Shown here piece by piece: positions 1 to 13,399 of a stretch of DNA of 53,722 nt. The notes beneath the pieces are model-generated. The model did not search any database and was not told the origin of the DNA. It worked only from the letters and a program-made list of their open reading frames with translations. The stretch comes from Prorocentrum cordatum. Its lineage: Eukaryota. A program made the translations under genes and the position numbers. How positions within the stretch are numbered: position 1 is the first letter of the stretch; the number at the start of each line of letters is the position of its first letter. The stretch lies in assembly GCA_963575745.1 (NCBI GenBank), contig CAUYUJ010000290.1, positions 62,001 to 115,722 on the forward strand, given 5' to 3'.

Positions 1-2
1 CC

Positions 3-2186
3 GCAAACCACTCCGCCTGTGGCGATAGCTCCGAGTTTGCCGCTGGCCCATTTCAGGGCGCCCCAGAGGCCAGACCCGACTGCGCTGGCTCCGCCCGAGA
101 CAGTGTCCCTGAGTTTGGCGCTGGTCCACCTGAGAAGACCCCTCAGGGCGGTCGCGGCGTCGTATGCTATTGTGCGTCGGGGCGTAGTGGACACGGATGG
201 GCCTGGTGCCGCAGCTTCACGGCGTCGTCGCTGCCGGTAGCTGGGGTCTCGGCTCGGCGTCGGCAGGTGCCCGTCGATCTGGTCCTGGTACGGCATGGCT
301 ACCAAGATGGCGTACGTGACCGCGAAGAGGCAGATGAGACAGCCGCAGCGTCGAGAGGCCGCTGCGCTGTGCGGGGCCTCATGGGAGCCGCTGGCGTCGG
401 GGTCCGCGTCCTCGATGGGATCGTTGTCGAGGCCAGCCTGCCAGTGGTCGACGGGGCTGGAGTTGGAGTCAGTCGAGTTAGCTCGGCGGACAAGGGTGCG
501 GGACGGGGTCCTGCCACCTGAGGTCTGAAGACGCCCAGGTCCAGCCAGTGCTGCAGCGGGGCTGAAGCCGCCACTGCGCGGGCTGGTGGGAGCTGGCGGT
601 GCGGTGGCATGGCCTGGCTCGTCGGCGGCGGTGGCACCTTCGGCGTCGCTGAGCTGTGCGCTGGGGTCGGCCTGGGCCGAGTTGTTGGGCGCACTGCTGC
701 GCGACCGGGAGCGCCCTGTGTGGGGATCGCTGTCACGGTCGCGCTGGGCAGCGTCACTTGGCGGTGGCGTGCCGTCGGGGTCCTGGGTTTCCGTGTCGTG
801 GATGGAGTCGTTCTGGCTATCGTCCGACACGTGGAACGAGTCCAGGGATATGTTGCTGATATCGCTGGCAGCTGCGTGCTGGAGCAGAAGCGGTTCAGCG
901 TCGGCCGCGGGCTGGTCACACGTGGCGTTTTGGGCGGGGGGGCCAGCGGGCGGTGGTAGGTTTAGCGGTTCCATCGGTGCCGCGGCGAGCTCCGCCTCGA
1001 CAAGCGGCTGCAGGTCTGGCGGGTGGTGCGAGATCGCATCCACGAGATACGCCAGGGCGTCTCGGTCGGGCGGAGGGAGGCCTCTTGGCAGCAAGGCGTG
1101 GGCCCGTGAGAGGTATGGCGGCAGTGGTGCCGCGAAAGCCTCAGGGCCGACGAGCTGGGCACGAGCGCCCTGGTATTCCAGAAGGAGGCCAAGGTAGCGG
1201 GTGGGGTACTCGTGGCTGCCCTGGATACGAGTGAGGTTGCGGTTGGTGCGCTGTCTGTCGGGGCCCGCTCTGTGCCAGATATCCTCGCACATGTCGACCG
1301 CGGTGCGGTGGCGCAGGGCGTCGTTTTTCTCCGCGGAGTCCTCCTGGAAAAGGTGGTCGTACTGTGGCAGATGGAGCGTCGCCAGGACGTGCGGGACGCA
1401 GTCCTCGAGCCATGCCCAGTAAACGTCCTGATGGTCCTCACCTGGTGCCCACGCCGCGGCGCACGGGATGAGCCGTGCTCGGATGTTCATCAGGTGCCAG
1501 AAGGCGGGGTCCTCATCAGGTTCACCCCTGGCGCACAGAGGGGAAGCGGGACTCTCTGTGTTGCTGGTAGTCAGGCCGTGTGCGTGGGTGCTAAGCACGG
1601 CCATAATTAGCAGCCCACATAGCGTGTTGGGCTCCACGGTGATGCACAGGTAGGGCACGAGGAGCCAGATGGCTCGCAGCGAGGCGCCTGTGGTCTGTGG
1701 GGGCCACGGTGGAGCCGTCTGCGGCGCTGGCTCAGCGGCGTGGTTTCCAGCGTGGCACGACCCACCGCTGTCAGTAATTTCGAAGCTGTCAGGTCGGCAC
1801 GCTGCGGGGGTGCCACACTCTGGAGGGTACACGGTGCGACGTACGGCGGCAGGCGTCGTGGTCGGTGATAACTCTCGCAGGTGGTCGTGCGCGGCGTGCG
1901 TTGCCTCATGCGGGGGTGGTGGCAGCCAGGGCACTGCAGCGGGGCTGAAGCCGCCACTGCGTGCCTGGGCCTTGCCAGCGGCCCTGTCGAGGATATGCTG
2001 CACGACGGTCGAGGGCACGCTGAAGACAGGGTGCCATCGAGGATATGCTGTACGACGGTCGACCGCAGGCGTCGTATTGAGTGATGGTAGCCCTCGTAGC
2101 TGAACTTGCATGCGGTGCGAGGCGTGGCCGGAGGACGCAGGAGTCAGCTCAGCTGCGGCAAAATCGGCGACTCGACTGCGATGCAT
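3..2186 (-). CDS. Long second ORF (>=728 codons, 3'-incomplete), unknown function, with one hydrophobic segment
   Basis: Manual translation shows no stop from 2369 to the window start; first ATG at 2186. Contains DEDPAFWHLMNIRARL, YWAWLEDCVPH, CGCLICLFAVTYAILVAM. It is absent from the ORF track because it has no stop inside the window. Confidence 0.65.
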   Translation of the reverse strand, partial: MHRSRVADFAAAELTPASSGHASHRMQVQLRGLPSLNTTPAVDRRTAYPRWHPVFSVPSTVVQHILDRAAGKAQARSGGFSPAAVPWLPPPPHEATHAAHDHLRELSPTTTPAAVRRTVYPPECGTPAACRPDSFEITDSGGSCHAGNHAAEPAPQTAPPWPPQTTGASLRAIWLLVPYLCITVEPNTLCGLLIMAVLSTHAHGLTTSNTESPASPLCARGEPDEDPAFWHLMNIRARLIPCAAAWAPGEDHQDVYWAWLEDCVPHVLATLHLPQYDHLFQEDSAEKNDALRHRTAVDMCEDIWHRAGPDRQRTNRNLTRIQGSHEYPTRYLGLLLEYQGARAQLVGPEAFAAPLPPYLSRAHALLPRGLPPPDRDALAYLVDAISHHPPDLQPLVEAELAAAPMEPLNLPPPAGPPAQNATCDQPAADAEPLLLQHAAASDISNISLDSFHVSDDSQNDSIHDTETQDPDGTPPPSDAAQRDRDSDPHTGRSRSRSSAPNNSAQADPSAQLSDAEGATAADEPGHATAPPAPTSPRSGGFSPAAALAGPGRLQTSGGRTPSRTLVRRANSTDSNSSPVDHWQAGLDNDPIEDADPDASGSHEAPHSAAASRRCGCLICLFAVTYAILVAMPYQDQIDGHLPTPSRDPSYRQRRRREAAAPGPSVSTTPRRTIAYDAATALRGLLRWTSAKLRDTVSGGASAVGSGLWGALKWASGKLGAIATGGVVC

Positions 2187-2814
2187 GTGTCGTAGTTGAC
2201 GAGAGCGTGCTCGTAGGAGACGTGCTGGTACTCGGCGTAGGCATAGTAGTAGCCGTCGAAGTCCCAGGGGCGCAGCGCGTGGGGCAGGGCCCCTGGTGCT
2301 GCTCAGGCCAGGCGCTCGCGGGGGCGCCCAGCAGCCCGGTGCCGCGCGGACCAGCGGCGGCGGTGCTGTTCACGATCGGGTCCAAAATGGCGCTGTGATC
2401 GTATTTGTAGATGCTGTCATCGTAAAGGTAGAAGTACGTCCTACGCTCCGCATGTCGCAGGAAAGCCTCTCCTCCGTGCTGGGGCGCACCGCCTGAAGAC
2501 GGGTGTGCTCCAGCCAGCGAGGGGAGGGCCAGGCCGCAGGCGAGGCGCCGCATGATGGCGAGGCCTGGCGGGCGGCGCGAGCGATGAGCCGAAAGCTGCG
2601 TGGCAGCACACGTCCTCATACACCCCTGAATGCTCATGTACATCGCTACAATCACGCCCCCTGCAAGACTACGGGTGTCCCTACACCAGAGAGCTTGCGC
2701 GTGCTGCTGCCAAAACAGACATGAGGTAACAAGAAAGAGATACGACGCGAAGAGGGGAGCGGTGCCTCTGAAGGCGCTTCCTCGGAGGGCTGAGGCTGGC
2801 TCTCTGAGGCACCT

Positions 2815-5387
2815 TCAATACGGGTCCTGGGTGGCCCGACCCTTGTCCTTGCCTTTGTCGGCCCCTGGGGGCCCCGTCCCTGGGGTGGCCTGGCCTGGCT
2901 GGTCGGTCGCCCTGCAGGCTGCCGCGGGCTCGGCGGCCGCTGCGGCTTCCTCCTTCTTAACTTCCAGAGTGGCCGCTTGTGGCAGGTGGATGGTGCCTCC
3001 CGTGAGGTGCCCGAGGAGGGTCTGGATGTCGCCGCGCAGTGCAGCGGCGTCGGCGGTTGCCGTCTGTTGCTGGGTGACGACGGTGGCGAGCCCCCGTTCC
3101 AGCCCTGAAACGTGCTCCGTGAGTGTGGCCTGGGAGGAGAGAACGCCCGCAAGCTGCATCTGCATGTTATCCACCGTGGTGGCTAGTAGCTCGTGCTGCT
3201 GTTCCATGTGCTGGATGCGGGTCGTGGCAGCATCGGGCGGTTTAGAGGCCGATGCGAAGCGCTCGCCGAAGGTGTTGAGTTCGTGGGAGGCCTCGCTGTA
3301 TTCATCGCCTGATGAGAGGATCTCGACGTCAACGACGTCACCTGGTACTTCGGCGGCTGTGGCAGCGGCGCCTTCGGTGTGGCCCCCTCCTTCCGCCGCG
3401 GCCGTGCCAAGCCAGGGGTCGTGGCCACCTGGTCCTGGGGCGGCCGTCGGTTCAGCGGCTCCGTCCGTGCCGTGAGGGGGCGCAGAAGAGCTGCGGCCTG
3501 GGGCGCGGGGTGGCCTTGCGGGCGGCGTGGCGTCACGTTTCCCGCTGGAGGAGCGGTGGCGCTTGGCTAAAGGCTCCTCCTTGGGGGTCAGGAGCGGTGC
3601 GACGCCCTTGCCTTTGGGCGTGGCAGTCATGAGGTCGTGGAGGTAGGGGCTCTGGGCCGCTTTGGTGAGGAGTGTGCCGGTGGCGGGGCTGAAGCCGCCA
3701 CCACCGGCTGGCGGCGTCGCAGGCTCTGTGATGGTGGTAGGCGTGACGATGGTAACGTTGTCCCGCTTCGGCGCCACCTCAGCCAGCGGGGCCTCGGCGA
3801 TGCTCCACGGGATGGAGCACCCCGCGACCTGCACCGTATAGGTGAGTGGGGGCCGATGGGCGCGCACTAGGGCAAACTGGGCCGCAGTGGCTGGGTCCCA
3901 GGCGGTGTGGTAGACCTCACAGTCCCATTTGACGGACGGGCCCGTGAGAGTCTTGGCGAGCTGGGTCAGCGTGGCGTGGCGTGACGCAATGCCAGTGATG
4001 CGGTAGCGCGTCTTGGCGAGGGTGGCCTCGCAGCCGCGGATGCTGACAGCAGCGGCCTTGGCGACGTCAGACCCCCGCGGAACACGGATCCCCAGCAGGC
4101 CTGACTTGCCGTGCCTGACGACTCCCAGGGCCTTGAGCTCCACCGACTTCTGGAACGCGTCTGCCATCGTGATGGGCTGGTCCTCAGGGAACCACACGGT
4201 CTGATACTTGTCGGCGGTGGGCTCGTCTGCACCTACGTTGCTGAGGTCGTAGGTGGCACCGAGTTGCCCTGATCCCGCCAGGACCTTGTCGACCGCTTGG
4301 AGACTGACGCCGAAGGTGGCAGCCAGGGACCTCTTTCCGACGCCCGATCCAAACCTGCCTAGGCTTTTGCAGGGTTCGAGGATGGTGACGGCTTTAAAGT
4401 TGCCGTGGAAGAGGGCCTTGAAGGTGTCCTGGAGCTGGCCATCGAGCTCCTGGCGGCGAGCGTCTTTCTTGGACTCCTTGTGCTTTTGGCGCGCCTTGTC
4501 CTGTGGAGCGGAGTCGCCTCGAAAAGGGCCCTTGGCGCGTGGACCACCGTTCACGGGGGCACCTCCCGAGAACTGGTCCTCGAAGGCCTGGTGCATGGAG
4601 GGGACTGCGGCAATGGCCTCGGTCTCGTGTATGGTCGCCCGAATCCAGCAGACGTGGTCGGCGGGGTCGATGGTGGCGACGGCTACCTTTTCCGTGCAGG
4701 CGACCTCCTTGGTGCCCAGCTGGTACACGATCACGGGGACGTGCGTGTGGACCACTTTGGGCGCCTTGGGGTGGCGCTTCAGGACGGGGACGGCGAGCTC
4801 GGTACCGACGTAGTTGTCGTTTTTCGGGCCCATGACAGCAATCGCGAGCTGGCCCGTGGCTCGCTTGCCCTGCCCGAGGTGGTGTTGCAGCAGCCGTTCG
4901 CCACTCTCGAAGTCGTGGAGGCTGATGCTGGGCTTGTACGTCTTGCCGTCGTCAGGCGAGGTGGGTTCGGCAAGAACAGGGACCTTCCAAAAGGCAGGGT
5001 CCAAGGCATGAATTGGGTGTCCGCAGCCTGAAGACGTGCGGAGCCCGATGGTGGGTGCGATGTGTCACCGCCAGTGCGCTTAGGCTTGCTGCGCTGGTAG
5101 TGGTCGAGCGTGTAGCTGATCTGGTTGGCGGCGCACATACGGATAAGGGCGCTGCCAAGCTTCTTCGTGTTGGACTTGTGCATGTCGTACTTTGCCTGGA
5201 GCTCGTCCGCGTTCAGTTCGGCTAGCCCGTTATAGGCGGCCGTGGGGCGGTCAGACCCCGCTTGCCTGAACGCTGCGATGCAGTCCTGCTTGCGTTGAAG
5301 GAGGGACCCTTCAGCAGCAGGGCGCGTGGGGCGGGAGCTCGGAGGCTGCTTTGAAGAGCGACGGCGCTCCGGCTTCTTGGGGGCCAT
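2815..5387 (-). CDS. ORF1/gag-like protein with one frameshift near 5005-5060
   Basis: ATG at 5387 (MAPKKPE...) in one frame joins the 729-aa ORF 2815..5004 (LDPAFWKVPVL...GLLGIRVP...RYRITG). It has a C-terminal coiled coil (IQHMEQQHELLATTVDNMQMQLA) and ends ...QDPY*. Confidence 0.6.
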
Positions 5388-5539
5388 TGCTGCGGGCACT
5401 CTGGTGCGGAGAGGTGACGCGAATCAGTAGGGTCCTGCTGGGACCCCTCCGGTCTCGCGAGGCCTGGGAGTCTGACTCCGAGGCGGGGCGCTTCGCGTCG
5501 TGGCTGCGGTCTGAGTGCAGAGCACTCTCGAGCCGAGAC

Positions 5540-5780
<241 letters not shown>

Positions 5781-5809
5781 CAGATAAACGGGGGCAGAAA
5801 CTCACATCC

Positions 5810-6690
5810 TGAAACTCAACCGCGCGAGCGCCAGCCCGCTAGGGTGCGCTGGCCGCGGCGCGGCTCGCCCCCGCCCTTCGTCGACGCGCTGGTGCGCAGC
5901 GACAACTGCTGCCCGCCATTCGGCCCTGCCTCTGCGCACCCGGGCCCGCCGCCGCGCGAGCCTCGCAGCGCAGCCTCTGGCCGGCAAGACGGCAACTCGT
6001 TGCAGCATCTCGCGCCGCGCTGCGGCTGGCTCCAGCCCCGCCTTTGCTGCCGCTGTCGCCGCGGCCGCCCGGAAGGCCGCGTCCGCGCCCCCCCGTCTGG
6101 TTGCGCCTGCGCTTGTCCTGGTCGTGCGTCTCGGATGGGAGACCTGGCGCCGAGGAAGTGTCGGCCCAGCGGCCTGGCCCAAGGGCGTTGACCACGGCGA
6201 AGTCGAAGCACGCTCACTTCGCGTGCACTGCCCGGCTGCCGTCTGGGAGCGCCGTGACGAGGGCGAGGTGCGGGATGGCCGAGACGTCGGCCGGCCTGCG
6301 CTCGTCCTGTTCCTGGGGGCCCTCCTGGGGCAGTAGTCTTCGAAGACGTCCTGGATGCTGATATGGGCGTCGGTCGTCTCGCCGCCGCCCATGCAAGACA
6401 GGCGGTGGATTCCCTTAGCATCCATTGGCATCGCGCGCATTGGGCGCGCCAGCCCCTCCTCCAAGACATCGACGCCAAGCCGGGGCGCGACGTTGTCGGC
6501 GAACTGGCTCGGGGAGAGTTGCATGTCAAGTGTATTCGATGGAGCTAGTTGGTACAAGGCGCTCGCTCCCTGAGCTGAGCGCGCGTTGAGTCGCACCCCG
6601 TCAGCTGGCGGGCCCTCTTCACGCCACTTGGCCGCCGCCGTGTCGCGAAGCGCCTTGCCCGGCTGGGGCTGCGTCAGGTGCTTCCGCTCC
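5810..6690 (-). pseudogene. Decayed 3' end of a CRE/R2-group non-LTR retrotransposon (zinc knuckle + restriction-like endonuclease)
   Basis: Across frames: RLNARSAQGASA..PS..L...F..N.APRLG, DAKGIHRLSCMGGG...AHISIQD, RRPADV, CFDFAVVNALG. This is the typical CCHC + PD..D layout of REL elements, with frameshifts. Confidence 0.7.
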
Positions 6691-6829
6691 AGTGTCGTGC
6701 CGACAGCGCCTTTTGGGGTCCTGCTTCTCCTGCTGCCGCGCCGCCCTCCCCTCTTGACACTTCGCGTACCCCCGACAGCCCATCCAGTAATGATGCCCGG
6801 GCGAGTTGAGGTGTTGTTGCGAGAGTATC

Positions 6830-7170
6830 TCGGAGGTCTCCAGGAACCATCTTGGGGCTCTCTTGGGGCCCTCTTGGGGCGCCGCTGGGGCCCTCGTGGG
6901 GCTCTCTTTTGGGAGGTCTTGGGGCCCTCTTGGTGCCGTTGATGGGGGGTCTGGGAGGCCTCTTGGGGCCGTATTGTGCCCCGTGGCTCAAAAGGATGGG
7001 GCCCTCAATTCTGGGCGCTCTCCCCCCTCGGGCGCTCGATGAGGGCGTCTTGGGGTGCTCTTGGGGCGCTCTCGGGGCGCTCTTGGGCGCTCTTGGGGCT
7101 CTCTCGAGGCCCTCCTGGGCCCCTCTTGGGGCTCTCCTGGGCCGTGTTGGGGCCATCTTGAATCCCCCGG
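6830..7170. repeat. ~11-bp GGGGCCTCTTG-type minisatellite
   Basis: Degenerate tandem units; same family at 16080-16630 and 24160-24880. Confidence 0.85.
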
Positions 7171-7399
7171 GGCCCGTCGGGCGCGACCCGAATAGCTCTT
7201 AGCCAACTCCAGTAAAGCTGGGCAAGACATCCATTTCAAACAGAAGCCCAAACATGTACCACGACAGAAACGACGTGTAAAACAACGCGATCGTGTGATT
7301 AGTTTTGGGCTAGTTGCCAGGGGTACTTTTGCGCGGCAGCGGCGCTGTGCAGTAGTTGCCAGGAATGCTTTTCGAACTCGTTTCTGATTACTTGAATTC

Positions 7400-8200
7400 T
7401 CGTGCCAGAAACCAACCCCCGCGGGGGCAGGGGCCTCTGAAGTGCGGCAGTCCGCCCGCGGGCGCGGGCGGCGCGGTCTTCGCGACAGGCGCGGTCGCCG
7501 CGGCGCCGCCCGAAGCGCCCGCGGCCGCCGGGGTTGCGGGAGCTGCGAGTGGCGCCGCTCCAGCGGCGGGCGCGGCGGCCGGGGCGGGCGGCGCCGGCGC
7601 CGCGGCGCCGGGGCCAGCTGCGGCGGCAGGAGCGCCCCCGCCAGGGGTCGCGACGAGCCCAGCGAGCCCCCCGGCCGCGCCGGGCGGCGCGGCTGCGGCG
7701 GCGGCGCCAGCGGCGGCAGCCGCCGGCGCGGCGGGCGACGCTGGCGCGACGACGCGCCCAACCGTCTTCAGGGCGAGGCCAAGCGCGCCCTTCGCCCCTG
7801 CCGATGCGGCCGCCGCCTCGGCAGCAGCGGCAGCGCCCTGAACGGACAGACCTGGCCCGGCCCCGCGGCCGCCGAGGCGCCCCCGGCAGCCTTGCCAGCG
7901 GGGATGGCGAACTCTCTGATGGCCGCGCCGTTGGCGGCGATGACCTCCGCGACGTAGTGCCCGTCGGGCGTCGGGGCCCCAGTGCCGAACGGTGGGGCCA
8001 GCTCGAGAGCGATGATGAAGCGCTCATGCCCGATCGTCGCGCTGGCAGCCGCGGGCGGCGACGCGGCGCAGCGCCGGCGCGAAATCGCCTTCGCCCAGGT
8101 AAGGTTAACCAGCCCAAGAGGATGGCCCGTTGCAGCCGCTGCCGTCGCCATCGCTGGCCCGCGGCCCAGGCGCGGGCAATGGTCGCCCGGGGGCGCGGCG
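7400..8200 (-). pseudogene. Decayed DIRS-like gag N-terminal fragment
   Basis: GHERFII...PTPDGHYVAEV followed by an Ala/Pro-rich linker. It parallels DHESTLA...VLPPDGGDWKE at the start of the element at 36384. Confidence 0.45.
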
Positions 8201-9019
8201 GTGGATCTGGACATATACCCACCTCGCATAGTGTCAAACGCAGGGCTCTCCCTCCCTCCGCCTCCCAGAAGCCCGCGTGTTGTTTTCTGTGGAGACATGG
8301 GCATCTGGATCTCTCGACCGTGCCCCCAGAGCCAGCTTTCATCGCAGACCGTGTTTCGACGGTCCCAGGGGAAATCAGTTGTAAGTTGGTCTTAGACAGC
8401 GCATGCGATAAGGCCCCCATTCGTATTTTGTAAGAACCGCTTTCTCTGTTCTGGAACCGTCTCGTGCCGACGTTGTAGACAGTGCGACATGTGCCGTGCC
8501 GAAGTTCTAGAATGCCAGCCGTGCCGTGTCACGCCGTACCGAAGTTTCAGAATGGGAAAGATGTGCCACCCGCGTGCCGTGCCGTACCGTGTCCGCCGAA
8601 ACACTAAGATGCGAAACGTTTTCAGCCCGCCCGTCCGCGTACCTTGCCGTGTCGTTCCGAGCTTAACAGAAGGCCGAAGTGTGCCGTGCGCGCCGTGCTG
8701 GTGCTGTGCCGCGCCGTGCTGTGTGTACGTGCCGGTGGCGCAAGGAAATGTTCGTGGCCCGACAGATTCCCTTCCCTTCAGGCAATCATGTCTTGTATTC
8801 CCTCCGCAGGTTGTGTTTGTTGTATTGCCCCTCACAAGGGGTACAGTTCTGCCTCCCGCAGGGGGTATTGTTTCGCCTCGTGCAGGCAGTCGTGTTTTGA
8901 CCTTGTCATAGAGTATTGTAATGCCACCCAAAAGCAGTATGCATTGTTTTGCCTCTTGCAGACCGTTCTGTTTTGTATTGTCTCCTGCAATGAACATTAT
9001 ATTGTTTCTGGAGTGCGAC

Positions 9020-9590
9020 TGCCTGGGCCGCCTGCCTGCCTGCCTGCATTCCATGCCCCAGTCCGTGCAAGTCCTCTGGGCGCCCGGACTGGGCATGCAG
9101 GTGGGCACTCTGGGCAAACCCCTATGACCGCCAACAGGCACCGCCCCAGGCAGGCAGGCACCGCTCCAGGCAGCAAGGCGCCCGGGTCTTGCTGCAGACG
9201 CAAAGCAGTTGTTTCGGATCTTGCCGTGTGGCGCTTGTGATCCAAGACAGGCGCTCCAGGCTGGCAGCCCCCATGCAGGCATCTCCCATGCAGGCGACCC
9301 CCAAGTAGGACCCCCCCCCCACGCAGGCACCTGCCAGTCAGGCCCCTCCCCAGGCAGGCAAGCCCCCAGGAAAGCGGGCCCCCCCAGGCAGGCCCCCCCA
9401 GCGGGCAGCCCAGGCAGGCACTCCAGGCAGGCAGCCCTCAGGCAGGCAGCCCTTGGGCAGGCACCTCCCAGGCAGGCTCCTCCCAGGCAGGCACCCCAGG
9501 CAGGCACCCTTTAACTTGGGTAACTGGAGGAACCCAGGCCCTGCCTGCGTTCTTCCTGACTGCCTCCTTTCTTGCCTGGGCTGCCTGCCA
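9020..9590. repeat. CAGGCAGG-type short tandem repeats, partly inverted
   Basis: Repeated caggca/gcctgcct units. Confidence 0.8.
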
Positions 9591-9773
9591 AACAATACAA
9601 TACTCCCTCCGAGCCGTGACGTGTGTGCCGTTCCACGCAGGCCTTTAGGTTCTGGTGGTGTCTGGGGTCTCTGTCTGGGGTCTCTACGCACGGTGTAATT
9701 TCAAGACGTTGGATGGCTGTGTCTCTGTCCTGCCTGACCCCTCCCCCCCTCTGCTTTCCCAAGCTGCCAGCAG

Positions 9774-9836
9774 GAGTGCGATACTGCCGTCGTCGAAGCT
9801 GAAGTCTTCCGGACGCTTCGCGCGCGGGAAGAGAAG
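9774..9836 (+). CDS. CDC5L: CDC5L/Cef1-like splicing factor, third-from-last exon (ECDTAVVEAEVFRTLRAREEK)
   Basis: 63 bp; pyrimidine tract plus cag|G acceptor, AAG|gc donor. It aligns by eye with the CDC5L C-terminal [21 protein letters not shown] segment. Confidence 0.75.
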
Positions 9837-9904
9837 GCCCGCGGCCAAAGGGATGCGCTTGGATTTCCTTGCCTGTGCAGGCAGAGGAACAGGCTCGGAG
9901 GAGG

Positions 9905-11088
<1,184 letters not shown>

Positions 11089-12127
11089 TAGCTCAAGTCG
11101 TACCACAAATCGAGCTTAAAAGCATCTTAGTATTCGGGCCCCCGCTTAGGTCCGAGGGTGGGGGAGGGGAGAGATGGAGGGGATGGACCTTCCTTCAAGG
11201 TCATCTCCAGCAATTCAAATTCATGCCAGATGCTGGGGAGGCCCATATCGCCCCATGTAGCATTGTAGAATGACTCCGGAATCGCGTACCTTAGACATGT
11301 ATTGGAAGCACACCTGGGGCGCACGAGGGCCCTGGATCGCCATACCCGAAAACAGCCATCGAATTCGCGGTAGCGGCGCAGGACCAGAGAGCCAGAGAGC
11401 TGGACAAAGCAAACAGGTCCAACTGGCAACTCATTACTCAGCTTTTTCTCCAGCAAGTTGAAATTCCAGGTGTCCAGCGTGGGCGTAGGCAGCATCGCTT
11501 CACATGGCAATTTCTCCATAGGCCAGTACTTCTTTGGCAGTGCCTGCGAGGAAATGATTGGATTGTTATCAGAGCCGACGGGGAGGGAGGAGGACGAGGA
11601 GCGCAGGCATGATGTCTGTCCGTTCTTCCTCCGCTTCTCCCTTTCACTTCTCGCTCTCGCCCTCCCCCGCTCGCCTGGCCCTCCCCACGCTTCCAGTTGC
11701 CCAACCCATCCCCTTCTGGCCCTGCTTCCCTTTAACCCTTCCCCTCGTCCCGTCCATCCGCCGCTTCTGATCTAAACCGACTGCGATCCGATGTTGTGAT
11801 CGAGTGCGCTGACGTATGGATGACAGTTCACATGACCATGGGATTTGCCGTTGCAGATGTGCAGTCTTAGACTGTATGTGAGGGCCGTTAACAATTCGGC
11901 CAGAGTGGCGTTGGGCTGTTCGAACCTTTGCGTATATTTCCATTTTCTCTTCCCGCATGTTCCGTCCCCCGGAGGGAGCGTACTTATGTGTCGCAACAGT
12001 GTGCGAGACGCACGAGGCGCGAGGCGCACGGGAGCGCGACGCACAGGAGGAACAAGGATTAGGCGAAACGCACAGGAGGATCCATTGCATGTCGCCTGAT
12101 CGCGCTGACGCTTCCGTGCGCTCGGAG

Positions 12128-12178
12128 GCCATCACCAGCAGAGTCGACGAGCTGCGGGAGCTCGTGGACAGGGAGAAG
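12128..12178 (+). CDS. CDC5L: CDC5L/Cef1-like penultimate exon (AITSRVDELRELVDREK)
   Basis: 51 bp; ag|G acceptor, AAG|gc donor, phase 0. Resembles AIPRRLECLKEDVQRQQ. Confidence 0.78.
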
Positions 12179-12775
12179 GCGCTCCCAGAGGGGGGAGAGG
12201 AGGCGGAGATTGTGGAGCATGTATGCGGTCAATCACGCTAGTTAGGATGCAGTCTTTTCCCAGGGTCGCTCTTTTTTCTTTGCCTGTCTGTTCATGCATG
12301 CTTGACCCGCCCTTGCCTGTTCGGCTCATCCTTGCCTGCTGGGCCAAGTGGTTTTGCACGTCAATCTTGCACTTGTTATGATTGACTGCAGGACGTCGTG
12401 ATATGGCTTGGCGTGGCGTTCAATGCTCCAGCGCAGCAAGGCACTACAGTACTTAGCAAAGAACGACGGTTCGGAACGAAGGTCCGGAATAATGTCACAA
12501 AGCTTGCACTCTGAGCAGGGCATGGCTCAACATCGAGTGGTGCATCACTGCTTGGCGTGGCATCGTATGGCATTCGCATGTTTGCGGGCTTTCTTTGAGA
12601 GCCAGACGGCGATCTCAGCTTCTACGCCAGGACCTGCCGCGAATACCCAATGCCTGAATGAGTCCCAAGAAATGTGCTTGCGCACTGTCCGGTTTGACCC
12701 ATTGTTGCTGCCGCTTGAGCAGATCCAGCTTGCCGCTGCCTCATTCGAAGCCGCTCGTCTCGGAATCGCCAGCAG

Positions 12776-12853
12776 GCACGGAACGCTAAGTTGCAGGCGC
12801 GGTACAAGGAGCTCAAGTTCCTCGAGAGGAAGATCGACGAGAAGCTGCAGTGA
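12776..12853 (+). CDS. CDC5L: CDC5L/Cef1-like terminal exon (ARNAKLQARYKELKFLERKIDEKLQ*)
   Basis: cag|G acceptor, TGA at 12851-12853. Resembles EREKELQHRYADL. Confidence 0.78.
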   Translation, partial: ARNAKLQARYKELKFLERKIDEKLQ

Positions 12854-13399
12854 GTGCCACACGCTGGGCGCGGGGGGCCGGGCTGCGTCTTCTCCCAGCT
12901 CATCAGGCAGCCCCTGCGGGATCATGTGCGGCGGTGCGCACCGGCGACGTTTCGAAGGCGCGTCACGTATAGCAGCGCACGCCGACCAGCAAAGCCTCCT
13001 CCTCCGCCCTCGTCGTCCTCTTCCTTGAGACCGTTCTTTTATCCCCTGATGATAACGGGCGTGACGGGGGGGGGAGGGGGGAAGGGGGCCAGTCACGTCT
13101 CGATTCGCGCCGAGGCTGAGTGGGAATGCTCAGGAACGGCTAGTATCGGGGCGAATCGTGACGTGAGGGGCGGAGGCGGGGCTGGTCACAGGCGTTATCG
13201 CGAATCATAGAAAGCGAGCTCCTTCCTCACTCCTTCTATCTCGGCCTTGCCAAGACTGCAGCTTGCCACCCACGCCGTTCGTTCCCAACCATCCTGTGGT
13301 GCTGGGTCCTCGTTTTGAAGAGACGGTCCCCGCGTTCTCTTTCCTCCTCCCCCTCCTCCCTCCTTCCCCTCCTCCCTCCTCCCTGCGTTTCACCCACCT

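Noticed and set aside
11127..11519. 130-aa minus-strand ORF in the CDC5L-like intron
   Set aside because: No recognisable motifs or splice and expression evidence.
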